Positions 32,373 to 42,463 of a DNA stretch of 64,000 nucleotides are shown in pieces. A model generated the notes under the pieces. That model was not told the DNA's origin and made no database searches. It saw only the letters and a list, made by a program, of their open reading frames with translations. Positions within the stretch are counted from its first letter, which is position 1. The number at the start of each line of letters is the position of its first letter. The stretch covers positions 384,001-448,000 of the forward strand of contig CAWCXJ010000013.1 in assembly GCA_963799485.1 (NCBI GenBank). Reading direction: 5' to 3'. Source of the stretch: an uncultured Trueperaceae bacterium (GTDB taxonomy: Bacteria > Deinococcota > Deinococci > Deinococcales > Trueperaceae). The position numbers and the translations under genes are program-made.

Positions 32373-32834
32373 GTGAATTTCGACGCGGTTGACCGGCGCA
32401 TTCTGGAAGTTTTACGCGAACAGGGGCGCGCCTCGCACGCGGCCCTAGCCAAAGAGGTCGGGCTTTCGGCTCCGGCAGTCGGGGAGCGGATTAAAAAGCT
32501 CGAGCAGAGCGGGGTCATCGCCGGCTACGCCGCGACCTTTCACCCCGAAGCCCTGGGGCTCGGTATCTGCGCGTTCGTTGCGATTGCGCCACAACCGCGT
32601 AATCCGGGCGCGAATTTGGTCGAAAACCTCCGCGCTATGCCCGAAATCGAAGAGCTGCACGCCGTCGCCGGGCCTTACGGTTACATCGCCAAAGTTCGGG
32701 TCGGCACGCCCGAAGAACTCGACGCGTTTCTAGACCGGCTCTGGGTTTTGGAGGGCGTCGAACGCACCGAAACGACGATGGTCTTGCGTACCAGCGTCGA
32801 AAGACCGATGTACCTGCCCTTTACCGACTCGTGA
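32373..32834 (+). CDS. Lrp/AsnC-family transcriptional regulator
   Basis: DAVDRRIL...LAKEVGLSAPAVGERIKKLE..GVI. Confidence 0.92.
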   Translation: MNFDAVDRRILEVLREQGRASHAALAKEVGLSAPAVGERIKKLEQSGVIAGYAATFHPEALGLGICAFVAIAPQPRNPGANLVENLRAMPEIEELHAVAGPYGYIAKVRVGTPEELDAFLDRLWVLEGVERTETTMVLRTSVERPMYLPFTDS

Positions 32835-33985
32835 AGGCCACCATCAGAGAGCTCGCTGCCGCGGATTTGGACCAGCTCTTCGCCCTTCGGCAAGTCGGCT
32901 TTCTAGACCGCTCGGACTTTTCAAACCTCGATGTGCGGGCGCGTCACGCGGCGCGGCTGCCCTACACGACCGGACACTTTTGGGGCAGCAAACTGACGAG
33001 CGCCGCCGTGTGTTATCCCTTCGAGATGTTTTTGGCGGGGCGGCGCGTCCGGGTCGGCGGCTTGGCGAGCGTGCTGAGCGCGCCCGAAACGCGGCGGCGC
33101 GGGTTCGTCAAGGACTTGCTCAAAGCTGCTCTGGAACGGTTGCGCGAGAGTGAGGTGGGCTGGACGCTCGAGTACCCCTTCGACCCGCGTTTTTACGCGC
33201 GCTACGGTTTCGCTTCTGTCCCGACCGGCTCCGAAGTGACGTTCCCTGCCGAAAAACTCTTCTCCGGCCCCGCCCCGGACGCCGAACGGTTTACCGGCGA
33301 CGCGGCGAAAGTTCTGGAACCCATTTACGAGAGCTGGGCGCAAAACTACTCGCTGACGCTCTTGCGAACGACAACCGCGCGCGCCACCTGGAGCCGCATC
33401 ATTACAGAAGACCGCTTTTGCTACCTGCTGGAAGACGCTTACGCCGTCATGGAGCTCGAAGCAACCAGAGCAGGACAGACGCTCACCGTTCACGACTACG
33501 CCTTTGCTACACCCGCCGGACGTGAGCGGCTTTTCCGGTTTCTCGGCGCGTTTTACGGTCAGGCCGACCTGATCAGCCTGCATTTACCGCCGGACGAACC
33601 CCTGGTGTTCGACCTGCAGACGTATCACACAAATCATTTGCCTATCTTGCAAGCGCGGATTGCCGACGTGCAAGCAGCTCTGCAAATTTTCGGCAGCCCG
33701 GATGTAAAAAATTTTACTTTGCGCGTCGATGACCCATTTTGCAAGTGGAACGACGGGGTGTTCGAAGTCGAACTTAGTCCCGCAGGAGGTGCGGCGACGC
33801 CCGCGCGTAAGGAACCTGTGCTGAGCCTGACTATCAGCACCCTGACGCAACTTCTCAGCGGCGCACTGTCGGCGGCGGCGGCGCAACGTGCCGGGTTATT
33901 GGTGGGAGACATAGGCGTTGCCGGAATTCTGGCGTCACTCAGCGGCGACCACCTCCCCTTTATGCCGGGCTCGGACTATTTTTAG
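32831..33985 (+). CDS. Eis-family GNAT acetyltransferase
   Basis: GGLASVLSAPETRRRG, YPF...FYARYGF, VDDPFCKWNDG SCP2-like tail. Confidence 0.85.
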   Translation: MKATIRELAAADLDQLFALRQVGFLDRSDFSNLDVRARHAARLPYTTGHFWGSKLTSAAVCYPFEMFLAGRRVRVGGLASVLSAPETRRRGFVKDLLKAALERLRESEVGWTLEYPFDPRFYARYGFASVPTGSEVTFPAEKLFSGPAPDAERFTGDAAKVLEPIYESWAQNYSLTLLRTTTARATWSRIITEDRFCYLLEDAYAVMELEATRAGQTLTVHDYAFATPAGRERLFRFLGAFYGQADLISLHLPPDEPLVFDLQTYHTNHLPILQARIADVQAALQIFGSPDVKNFTLRVDDPFCKWNDGVFEVELSPAGGAATPARKEPVLSLTISTLTQLLSGALSAAAAQRAGLLVGDIGVAGILASLSGDHLPFMPGSDYF

Positions 33986-34035
33986 CCTGTACGTTTGACC
34001 AGAGACCGCTTCTTGCGAGCGTCTAAGGTGAGAAC

Positions 34036-35121
34036 ATGCTTTTTTCCTCCCGCTACGCCGCCCTTGTCGCTGCTTTGGTGCTTTTAGCCGGGTGTAACCA
34101 ACTAGCCCCTACGCCTGAGCCGAGCGGCACCGCGCCCGGTACCTCGCCGGGTATCGGCTCCGACACCACCGCCCAAACTCCCGTACCGATCATCCTCGAT
34201 ACCGACCTCGGCTTTGACAGCGACGACGCGGGCGCGCTGGCTGTTTTGCACCGGCTCACCGACCTCGGCGAGGCGCAGCTGCTCGCGACGATAAGCGTCG
34301 TCGGCGACCCGCAGAGTGCCGGCGCACTCGACGTCATCAACACCTATTACGGGCGTCCGGACACGCCGATCGGCGCGTATCAGGGCGACCGCTGGATCGA
34401 TGCCAGACCGTACTGGTACAGCACGCCGACCGACTTCTTGGGGCCGCTCGTCACCGAGTACGAGAGCGACGTAAAACACAAGAGCCAGGTGGCAGGCGCA
34501 GTGCAGCTCTATCGCCGCGTCCTCGCCGAACAACCAGGCCGCAGCGTCACGGTCGTAGCGGTCGGCTTTTCCCTCAACCTCGCCAACCTGCTCGCTTCTG
34601 CTCCCGACGCCAGCAGCCCGCTTTCGGGACGGGCCCTGGTCGCGCAAAAGGTCAAACGGCTCGTCTATATGGGCAGCCGGGTTCAAACCGGTGGCGTCGA
34701 GGACAGCCGCCCCGACTTCAACCTCGGGGACGGCCCCTATAAAGACGGGCGCAGCGCACAGCAAGTCCTTAAAAAGTGGCCTACTGACATCGTCTTCGTC
34801 GGCGGTGAAATCGGTAGCAGCATCAAGACCGGCAAGAGTTTACGGGCGCAGCTTCCCGAAAACCCGGTAGCTCAAGCCTACGACCTTTTTCCGGGAGTCG
34901 ATGCGCGGGGCGAACGCGCGTCGTGGGACCTGACGGCGGTACTCTACGCGGTGCGCGGTGGCGGCGACTTCTGGCGCGTCGTCGAGGGCGAACACCTAGA
35001 GATTGCCGCCAACGGTGTTACGCGCTGGCGCGCCGGGGGGGTTCGCCCGGGCCGCTACCGCCTCGAGCAAACCGGCCCCAGCAAAGCGGTTGAGGGGGCG
35101 CTCGAGTCTCTGCTCAACTAA
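34036..35121 (+). CDS. Nucleoside hydrolase-family lipoprotein
   Basis: Lipobox LAGC; ILDTDLGFDSDDAGAL; SWDLTAVLYAVRG. Confidence 0.8.
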   Translation: MLFSSRYAALVAALVLLAGCNQLAPTPEPSGTAPGTSPGIGSDTTAQTPVPIILDTDLGFDSDDAGALAVLHRLTDLGEAQLLATISVVGDPQSAGALDVINTYYGRPDTPIGAYQGDRWIDARPYWYSTPTDFLGPLVTEYESDVKHKSQVAGAVQLYRRVLAEQPGRSVTVVAVGFSLNLANLLASAPDASSPLSGRALVAQKVKRLVYMGSRVQTGGVEDSRPDFNLGDGPYKDGRSAQQVLKKWPTDIVFVGGEIGSSIKTGKSLRAQLPENPVAQAYDLFPGVDARGERASWDLTAVLYAVRGGGDFWRVVEGEHLEIAANGVTRWRAGGVRPGRYRLEQTGPSKAVEGALESLLN

Positions 35122-35530
35122 GTTGGGGCAAGGGGCGGTACATCAGCACGTCGGTAGCGGGGTCGGCTTCCGTAAAGCCGAACTGCTTGTAAAGACTTTC
35201 CGTACCCCCGGCAGCGATGAGCATCAGGCTGAGTTGCCGAGTTTCAGCGTAGGCCACAAGCCGCAACACGGTACCCTTGGCGACACCCCGGCGGCGATAG
35301 TCGGGGTGCGTCATCACGTCCAAAATCTGCGCCCAGTACACATCTTCTAACACCCGACCGAAACCGATTAGCTTGCTACTATCCCAAACTGCGACAAAAT
35401 GGGCAGCGCGTTCTAGAATCAGCCGAGTTTTGTCCGGGGTACGCATACCTTCATCATTCCAGCCAACTGCGGTGTAGAGCGCGTTCAGGGCCTCCCCTGT
35501 CAGCGCCGGGTCGTTCGGAACAAACCTCAC
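35114..35530 (-). CDS. GNAT acetyltransferase
   Basis: LIGFGRV, ILDVMTHPDYRRRGVA, LYKQFGF; GTG 35530 overlaps the helicase stop. Confidence 0.85.
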   Translation of the reverse strand: MRFVPNDPALTGEALNALYTAVGWNDEGMRTPDKTRLILERAAHFVAVWDSSKLIGFGRVLEDVYWAQILDVMTHPDYRRRGVAKGTVLRLVAYAETRQLSLMLIAAGGTESLYKQFGFTEADPATDVLMYRPLPQLS

Positions 35531-37062
35531 TGCACCGCCTCTAAAAACCACCCCGGCAACCGCCCCCTTTGCCGTTTCAAAAACGCCGTAAAGTCGGCGT
35601 CGAGCACATAGGTGACGGCGAAATCGTCGGCGCTCCGCACGCTCCGACCGTAAGCCTGTACCACCGTCAGACAGGTGCGCCAGTCGTACCAGGTCGGGTC
35701 GAGTTCGCGCCGCCGCGCGATCTGCGGGTCGCCCAGATACGGATACGGCAACTTGCAGATGACCTGCCAGCGCGAGAGGTCGCCCGGAAGGTCGATCCCT
35801 TCGGTCATACTCGGCGTCAAGAGTACCGTCGGTTTACGGCTTTTGAGGTGTTGCTCTAACGCCATGTCGCGTCCGTCCGCGCCGTAATGTGTGACCAAAC
35901 GCGCCGCGTGACGCTTCGGCAGATTCTTGGCGATATACGCGGCGATTTTGTAAGTGTGGGTGTGAATCAGCCCCTTGTCATCGGGGTGCGACTCCATCAG
36001 GTCGGTAATTTCAGCGACGACTTTGGGCAGGTCGCGCTCCATATAGTGCCGGGTCAGGCGAGCCGTGTTTTTTGGGTAGATAGGGCGGTTTTCCGGCGGA
36101 AACTCGGAGGCAACGGCGATGATTTCAGCGGCTTCGGGTTCGACGCCGAGGCTCCGCAGGTACGTCGGCGGGTCGAGAATCGTCGCTGAGAGCATCAACA
36201 CCCGCTCACCGAAACGAAACATCAGTTGTTCAGCAAATGAGGCAACTTTTACGGGCTTAAAGGTCACGCGCTGTCCGTCACTGCCCGAGGTGCGCTCGAC
36301 CACCCATTCGACGTTTTCTTCGTCGCGGCTGTAACGCAGCAGTTCGAGGCGAGAAAGCTGCGTATCCAACCACTGTTTGTGAGCTAAAAGCTCAAGCGCC
36401 ACCTCAGCGGGCAGTTTGGCCCCCTTAAGCTGCGCCTCCAACTCACGGCGGCGTTTTTGCAGCAGCGGCACCACGTCTTCGGCGAAACCGAAGTATTCCA
36501 GATTGTCGAACGCCGTCGGCAACGTCTCCCCTATCCCGACCCGGCGGAGCTGCACATCTGAAAGCGTCACCTCGACAAACCCCATCAAGGAACCTTCAGC
36601 GTTATGCGCTTCGTCCAGAACCAAGAGCTCACGTGGCCCGAAACCGCCCTGATAGTTGAGTTCGGTGAGGTAGTACGCGTAGTTCATCAGCGCACTGCTC
36701 GCCGCCATCGCCTCGTCTTTGGCGCAAAAGTAGGGGCAGTCGTCGCACTCGGGAAACTTGCGCCCGGTGATGCACGGGGCGGCGGCGGCGTGCGTCGGGG
36801 CGACCAGACAGCGGTAGTTGGCGCGGCCTTTCATCAGGGCCAGGTCGGGAAAATCGCGGCCGTACTGGTCTTGCAGGAGTTTCTGGGCCGTCAGAACGTA
36901 GGCGCTCTGTGCTTCACGGGCGAGCGTCACGGCGATGGCAGACTTGCCTGAACCGGTCGGCGCTTCGATGACGACGAACCGTTTGCCCGCTTTGAAGGCG
37001 GCCCTGGCTGCTTGGATGGCCCCTAACTGACCTTGGCGGTAGGTTTTGAAGGGAAACGGCAC
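35527..37062 (-). CDS. DinG/Rad3-family ATP-dependent DNA helicase
   Basis: EAPTGSGKS, KGRANYRC plus Cys cluster, DEAHN, SATI, EGIDLPGD, QAYGRSVRS. Confidence 0.9.
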   Translation of the reverse strand: MPFPFKTYRQGQLGAIQAARAAFKAGKRFVVIEAPTGSGKSAIAVTLAREAQSAYVLTAQKLLQDQYGRDFPDLALMKGRANYRCLVAPTHAAAAPCITGRKFPECDDCPYFCAKDEAMAASSALMNYAYYLTELNYQGGFGPRELLVLDEAHNAEGSLMGFVEVTLSDVQLRRVGIGETLPTAFDNLEYFGFAEDVVPLLQKRRRELEAQLKGAKLPAEVALELLAHKQWLDTQLSRLELLRYSRDEENVEWVVERTSGSDGQRVTFKPVKVASFAEQLMFRFGERVLMLSATILDPPTYLRSLGVEPEAAEIIAVASEFPPENRPIYPKNTARLTRHYMERDLPKVVAEITDLMESHPDDKGLIHTHTYKIAAYIAKNLPKRHAARLVTHYGADGRDMALEQHLKSRKPTVLLTPSMTEGIDLPGDLSRWQVICKLPYPYLGDPQIARRRELDPTWYDWRTCLTVVQAYGRSVRSADDFAVTYVLDADFTAFLKRQRGRLPGWFLEAVQ

Positions 37063-37164
37063 CCCTCGAGCCTATCATTTGGAACGTGCCAAAGAGCGCG
37101 GCACAATCTCTGCCGGTTCGTTTTCGGCGCGAGAAAGTCGGCGCTTACGGTTATAGTTACCTCC

Positions 37165-37878
37165 GTGACCCAAGACGTAGCCGTACTCTTCGTCATCTTC
37201 TTTGCGGCGTTTGTCCGGGCTACCGTCGGTTTCGGCGACGCGCTCCTGGCGGTGCCGCTCCTTACACTGATGATCGGCTTAGACAGCGCCGCGCCCCTCG
37301 TCGGGCTGATTTCGGTTTCAACTGCGCTGCTGATGTCGGGGCTTTCGTGGCGAGAGATGGACGTACGGAGTATTCTCCCGCTGCTATCAGCGGCGGTCGT
37401 CGGCATTCCTGTCGGCGTGTTTTTGCTGCGGAACGTCGAGGGAGCGTGGCTTATTCGCGTGCTGGGCGTTTTGCTCGTCGGCTTCGGCGTCTACCGCCTT
37501 GCGCGTCCTGATGTTCCCGGTATCACGCACCCCGCGCTCGCGCCCGTTCTGGGGTTTTTTGCGGGGATATTCGGCGGCGCGTTTAATATCAGCGGGCCGT
37601 TTGCGGTGCTTTACGGCAGCCTCCGGCGCTGGCCCCCGGAGGTTTTCCGCGCCAGCTTGCAAGGTTACTTCATCGTCACCAGCTTGACGATTGCCGCGTC
37701 ACAGGGACTTGCCGGGTTATGGACGGTGCGCGTATGGGAGCTTTACGGCTTCGCGTTGCCGCTGACGTTCGCGGCGATTTTTGCCGGTAACGCGCTCGCG
37801 CAGCGGGTCAAGGGTGCAAGGCTCGAGCGCCTCATCAGCGTCGCCGTCGCCTTGTTGGGCCTTACTTTGCTGGTGTAG
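37165..37878 (+). CDS. TauE/SafE sulfite exporter family protein
   Basis: VGFGDAL, GIFGGAFNISGP; multi-TM; GTG 37165 after a TATAGT -10. Confidence 0.85.
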   Translation: MTQDVAVLFVIFFAAFVRATVGFGDALLAVPLLTLMIGLDSAAPLVGLISVSTALLMSGLSWREMDVRSILPLLSAAVVGIPVGVFLLRNVEGAWLIRVLGVLLVGFGVYRLARPDVPGITHPALAPVLGFFAGIFGGAFNISGPFAVLYGSLRRWPPEVFRASLQGYFIVTSLTIAASQGLAGLWTVRVWELYGFALPLTFAAIFAGNALAQRVKGARLERLISVAVALLGLTLLV

Positions 37879-37903
37879 CAGTTGTGTTTGCCCCAAGTGC
37901 TGC

Positions 37904-39734
37904 TCACTTCAGGATAAACCGCTCGACCAACGCCTCGTATTCCGCTACGCGCCCTTCAGCAATATCCAGGCTTTTACGCCAGAAGTCCACACTCTCGAGG
38001 TCGATACCGAATCCGGCGGCGAGCGGCGCGGCGTCGTTCATCCCGGTTTTAGATAACAGTTCGTCGTAGCGTGTGTGCCAGCCCTCGGGGTTTTCCTGAT
38101 ACTGCGCGTAAAGCCCCAGGCCGAACAGGTAGCCGAAGGTATAGGGGAAGTTGTAAAAACTGCGTCCGGTGCTGTAGTAGTGGCTTTTTTGCGCCCACAT
38201 GAGCGGGTGGCGGGCGTCTTCAGTGAGGGCGTCGCCGTAAGTCTCGCGCTTGCGCGTCCAGCATCAGCGCGCTGAGTTCATCTACGGATAATTCGCGCTC
38301 ACGGCGCTTTTCAAAAACAGCCGACTCGAACCGGAAACGTGAGTCGATATCCACGACCAATTGCGTACTCCCGAGCAAATCTTGCTCCAAAATCGCCAGC
38401 TTTTCGGCTTCGTCCGCGCGGTTTAGCAGTGCGTTGGTCACGACCGTTTCACAGAAGATGCTGGCGGTTTCAGCGAGGGTCATCGGGGTGTCGTTTTGTA
38501 GCGGCGTGCGGCCCGCCCCAAAAATGCAGAGGTTGTGGTACGCGTGTCCGAGTTCGTGGGCAGCGGTAAACACGTCGTCCAGACCGCCGCCGAAGTTGTG
38601 CATGATGCGCGACTCCTGTACACCCCAAACACTCATGCAAAATGCGCCGCTGCGTTTGCCTTTACGGGGCGGTACGTCGTGCCAGCCTTCAGCAAAAGTC
38701 TTTTGGGCGAACGCGGCGAGTTTGGGTGAGTAGCTGCCGAACACCTCGGTCACGAAGTCGGTCGTGTCGGCCCACGAAAAGTGGCGCGGCGTTCCAACCG
38801 TGACCGGAGCCAGCAAGTCGTACCAGGCCAGCCTAGGTTTGCCCAAAAACCTGGCTTTGGCTTTTAGGTAACGCCGGAAAACCGGAAACCGTTCGCGGCA
38901 CGCGCTCTGCACCGCTTCCAGACTCTTCCGGGTGATGTGGCTGCTAAAGAGCGCTTCGTCCAGCGCCGTGTCCCAGCCGCGCCGCCGGGTCGTCTCGTTG
39001 ACCTGGGCCTTGATGCTGTTCATGGCGGCGGCGTAGGCGACGACGTTTTGGTTAAGGAGCTTGAGTTCCGCCTCAAACGCCGCCTTGCGAACGTCGGGGT
39101 CGGCGTCGCTCTGCAGGTTTCTGAGTTCGGTCAGCGGGTATTCGGCCTCGTCACGTCCCGGCAGGGTCTTTTTGATCGTCGTGCGACTGCTCAGGTCGCC
39201 GTGAAGTTTCGCCCACGCCTGCCCGCTGCTTGGGGCGAGCGCCGAGAGGAGTTCCTCGGCTGCTTCGCCCATGAGGTGCTCTGCTTCTTCACGGCTGCGG
39301 CGCACCAGGTAGCTGTGCGCCTTGGCTACTTCGGACGCGTTAATCAGCGCCTCGGCGTCGAGCGCCCCGAGCCACGCAGTCAGCCGGACACTCAAAAAGC
39401 TCATCTGGCTACCCAGCGGCGCGAGCGCCGAGGCTTCGGCTTGTGCCCGGTCGTTAAAGGCGTCTGTTGAGATAAAGCCCGAAAGGTACGGGTAGATAGT
39501 GCCGACTCGCGTACCGAGGTCGTTAAACCGGTCTATAAGGTCTTCAAACAGCGTTACGGTCTCGGCGGTCACAGGAACGGCTTCTGGTACGCCGACCTTG
39601 TTTTCGTCCATCAGTTGCGTAAGGGACTCGAGCCTTACCTTCAACTCGTTTTTAGCTTCATTAAACTCAGCCGAGTCCAGACCCGGGAAAATCGAGGTGA
39701 GTTGCCAGTGGGGAAGCGGGGAAGTTCGACTCAT
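37904..39734 (-). pseudogene. pepF: M3B oligoendopeptidase F with a single frameshift near 38250
   Basis: HELGHAYH, TLAETASIF, FYNFPYTFG; removing one base after LDAQ restores RETYGDALTEDARHPLMWAQKSHYY. Confidence 0.85.
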
Positions 39735-39757
39735 GCCCTACCTTAAATCGTTAACTA

Positions 39758-40935
39758 GTACAGGTTCAAGCGAACAGAATTGGGTAAAGGCGTTCGAGCT
39801 TAATTCGGGCGTCGGTGGTGGAGAAGTGCCAGTCGATTTTGACAGCCCGCTTGCGGCGCTCGTGAAGCCAGGGTGTTGCCAAGCGTTCGAGTTTGGCACG
39901 GTTGCCTACGCGCTGGGCGAAGGCTTGTCGTGCCAAAACCGACCACCCCAGTTCTTGCACGTTGAGCCAGGAACCGTGTTTAGGCGTGAAATGGAACTCT
40001 GGCTTGTTGGCGATCCGGTGTGCTTGCTCGGCTGGGAAGGTCTCGTATAGCGCAGCCTTGGTCTGGGTACCGAGGTTATCCTGCACCACCACGACGACTT
40101 CTGCCTCCGGGTACGCAGCCACCAAACGCCTCATGGCGTGCGCGCACTCGACTTTGGTACGTTGCTCGGTAGCCCAGACGTCACGTTTTCCAGTCAAGGG
40201 CTCCACGTACCCGAACAGGTTCGCTGTGCCTTTGCGCTCATATTCGTAGTCCACTTTTTTGACCCGTCCGGGCTTGGGCTTTACGGGCACGAGCACGTCG
40301 GCGCTCGGCTGAGTGGGTCGTTCGTCAAAACCCACCACCGGACGCCTTTTGTCGTACGCTCGGGTGTACACGTCCAGCACGTCTTCCAGCGCACAGACGA
40401 AGGAGGCGCTCTGTTCAGGGGGAATGCACCACTGTGCTTTTAGATGTGGCTTGAGCGCGTTTTTTTCAGCACCTGTCGCACGCTCTCCAGTGAGAGACGG
40501 TCCAGCACCGCGAGCCTCACGACTTCGTCCGCCAGCATTGATAGTGTCCAACGGGGCGCTTCGTTCGGTACGTCACTGCACGCCGGCGCGATCAGCCGCG
40601 CCGCCACAGCAGCGTCGAGCTTGCGGGGTATGCCTTTGTTCGGACGGGGTTTGCGCTGGACAGCGTTCAGGCCCTCGGCGTTGTAGCGCTTGCGGATGCG
40701 TTCGACTGTCTCTACCGTGATGCCTAGCGCTGTAGCTACAGCCTTATCCTTGAGTGCAGGGCCGTTCTCGTCAGCATTCAGCAGAATGCGGGCGCGCGTG
40801 AGTTCCTGTGCTTTTGCACTGCCCGGGCGTGTCAATCCCGCAACTGCTCCCGTTCGGCAGCGTTCAGCTTTACTAGTCGTCTCATGCCCTTACGCTACCA
40901 GCCCTTGACCCAATAGTAAGCGATTGAAGCTCTAC
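39758..40935 (-). mobile_element. IS630-family element (orfA frameshifted near its start; A7 -1 site)
   Basis: Ends GTACAGGTTCAAGCG / GTAGAGCTTCAATCG in CTAG context; RARILL, WCIPP, DERP, YERKGTANLF, DNL, TPKHGSWLN. Confidence 0.88.
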
Positions 40936-41033
40936 TAGGCTGCAGCCTTTAGGAGCGACCGTCGTTTGTTCTTTATCATGCTTGGGAGCGCTCAGCAGCA
41001 CAGCACGGCTTACCCGCCCACCGAAGCGTAGCG

Positions 41034-41687
41034 TTACAGCGTAACCTTGCGGGCGTAGAAGGCCTCCGCAAAGCGGCTCTTAGCATTTGCTTCAACCCCG
41101 CGCAGCCGCATAAGCGCCGAAAAGGTCTCGCGGTCGAACCAGGGTTTAGCGTGCTGCGTTTTGAAATGCTCGAGCAGCAGGTCGATTTTTTTTTGAACGT
41201 GCGCGTCAGGAACTTGGACAAACAGATTAGGGACGCCGAGGTCACCGTCGTACTTGGGGATTTCGTATTCTAAAACGAGGTGATTACGAAACGTGTTCCA
41301 GGTCAGGTCGGAGACGACCCGGTGGTCTTGATGCCGATCGTGCCGATAATGGGTAAAAATGACGTCGGGAGAAACGCTCTGCTTAAGCGTTTCAAAATAA
41401 TCTTTGATGTCTGCACCGTCGTAACCGAAGTAGCTCTCCCGAAAATGTTTGATCACGACGTTTTGCCGCGCCGCTTTGGTCAAAAAATGGGCTGCGCTCG
41501 CCCTAGCCTCGCGGGTACGCGCCTCGTTTGCGCTCAGCACAACCCAGGTCACCGAGACGCCGGGGTAGGTCTCGAGCCATGACAACAACGTTCCGCCACA
41601 CCCGATCTCGATGTCGTCGCTATGCGCGCCCAAGCACAAGATATGCAGTCCGGCAGAGCCTGCGGGGAGAAAAGTCAACCGCCTCAC
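41034..41687 (-). CDS. PIG-L/LmbE-family deacetylase
   Basis: GAHSDDIEIG, DRHQDHRVV, YEIPKYDGDL, AEAF; GTG 41687 overlaps the rfbF stop. Confidence 0.88.
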   Translation of the reverse strand: MRRLTFLPAGSAGLHILCLGAHSDDIEIGCGGTLLSWLETYPGVSVTWVVLSANEARTREARASAAHFLTKAARQNVVIKHFRESYFGYDGADIKDYFETLKQSVSPDVIFTHYRHDRHQDHRVVSDLTWNTFRNHLVLEYEIPKYDGDLGVPNLFVQVPDAHVQKKIDLLLEHFKTQHAKPWFDRETFSALMRLRGVEANAKSRFAEAFYARKVTL

Positions 41688-42463
41688 GCGTCTTTTTCCC
41701 ACACTTTCCAGGGAGCCTTGTCGTCCGCCCACAAGCCTTCCAGATGTTGCTTGTCCTTAAATGTATCCATCGTCGCCCAAAAGCCGCCGTAGCGCTGCCC
41801 TACCAGTAACCGACTCGTAATAAGCCGCTGAAACGGTTCCTCGACCAACTCTTCACCAGACCCGATATACTCAAAGATGTCCCGACGAAACGTAAAGTAG
41901 CCCCCGTTGATAAGAATGTCCGAGGCGATGCTGCGAATGTCCATAACGGCGTTATCCTCGCCCAAGTAAACGGTGTGCAAACTCAGATGCGGCCTGACGC
42001 ACATAAAGCTGCCTACCTTACCGCTCTCTTTCAGGCACGCGATCTGGCTGCCCAGGGGCGCGTCGGTCAAGGTGTCGCTGTAGTTGGCGAGAAAGTAGTC
42101 GTCACCCGCCAGGTAAGGCTGAACCTTTTTAAGGCGCTGACCGATGTTGGCGCTGAGACCGGTATCGACGAAGGTAATACGCCAATCGTGCATATCCCGG
42201 CTAAAAAGTTCAGGGGTTTGTCCGGCGCCGGCGAGCGTAAAATCGTTTGTCAGGTATTCGTCAAAGTCGACGAAGTAACGTTTGATGCTCTCGGCCTTGT
42301 AGCCCAGGCAGAGGATAAACTCGGTGTGACCATGATGCGCGTAGTAACGCATGATATGCCAGAGGATAGGATAGGGCCCGACAGGAACCATCGGTTTCGG
42401 GATCGTTTCAGAATAATCGCGGAGACGAAGACCAAGACCTCCGCAAAAAATGACGACTTTCAC
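41684..42463 (-). CDS. rfbF: Glucose-1-phosphate cytidylyltransferase
   Basis: FCGGLGLRL, IPKPMV, ILWHIM, INGGYF, FWATMDTFKD. Confidence 0.9.
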   Translation of the reverse strand: MKVVIFCGGLGLRLRDYSETIPKPMVPVGPYPILWHIMRYYAHHGHTEFILCLGYKAESIKRYFVDFDEYLTNDFTLAGAGQTPELFSRDMHDWRITFVDTGLSANIGQRLKKVQPYLAGDDYFLANYSDTLTDAPLGSQIACLKESGKVGSFMCVRPHLSLHTVYLGEDNAVMDIRSIASDILINGGYFTFRRDIFEYIGSGEELVEEPFQRLITSRLLVGQRYGGFWATMDTFKDKQHLEGLWADDKAPWKVWEKDA

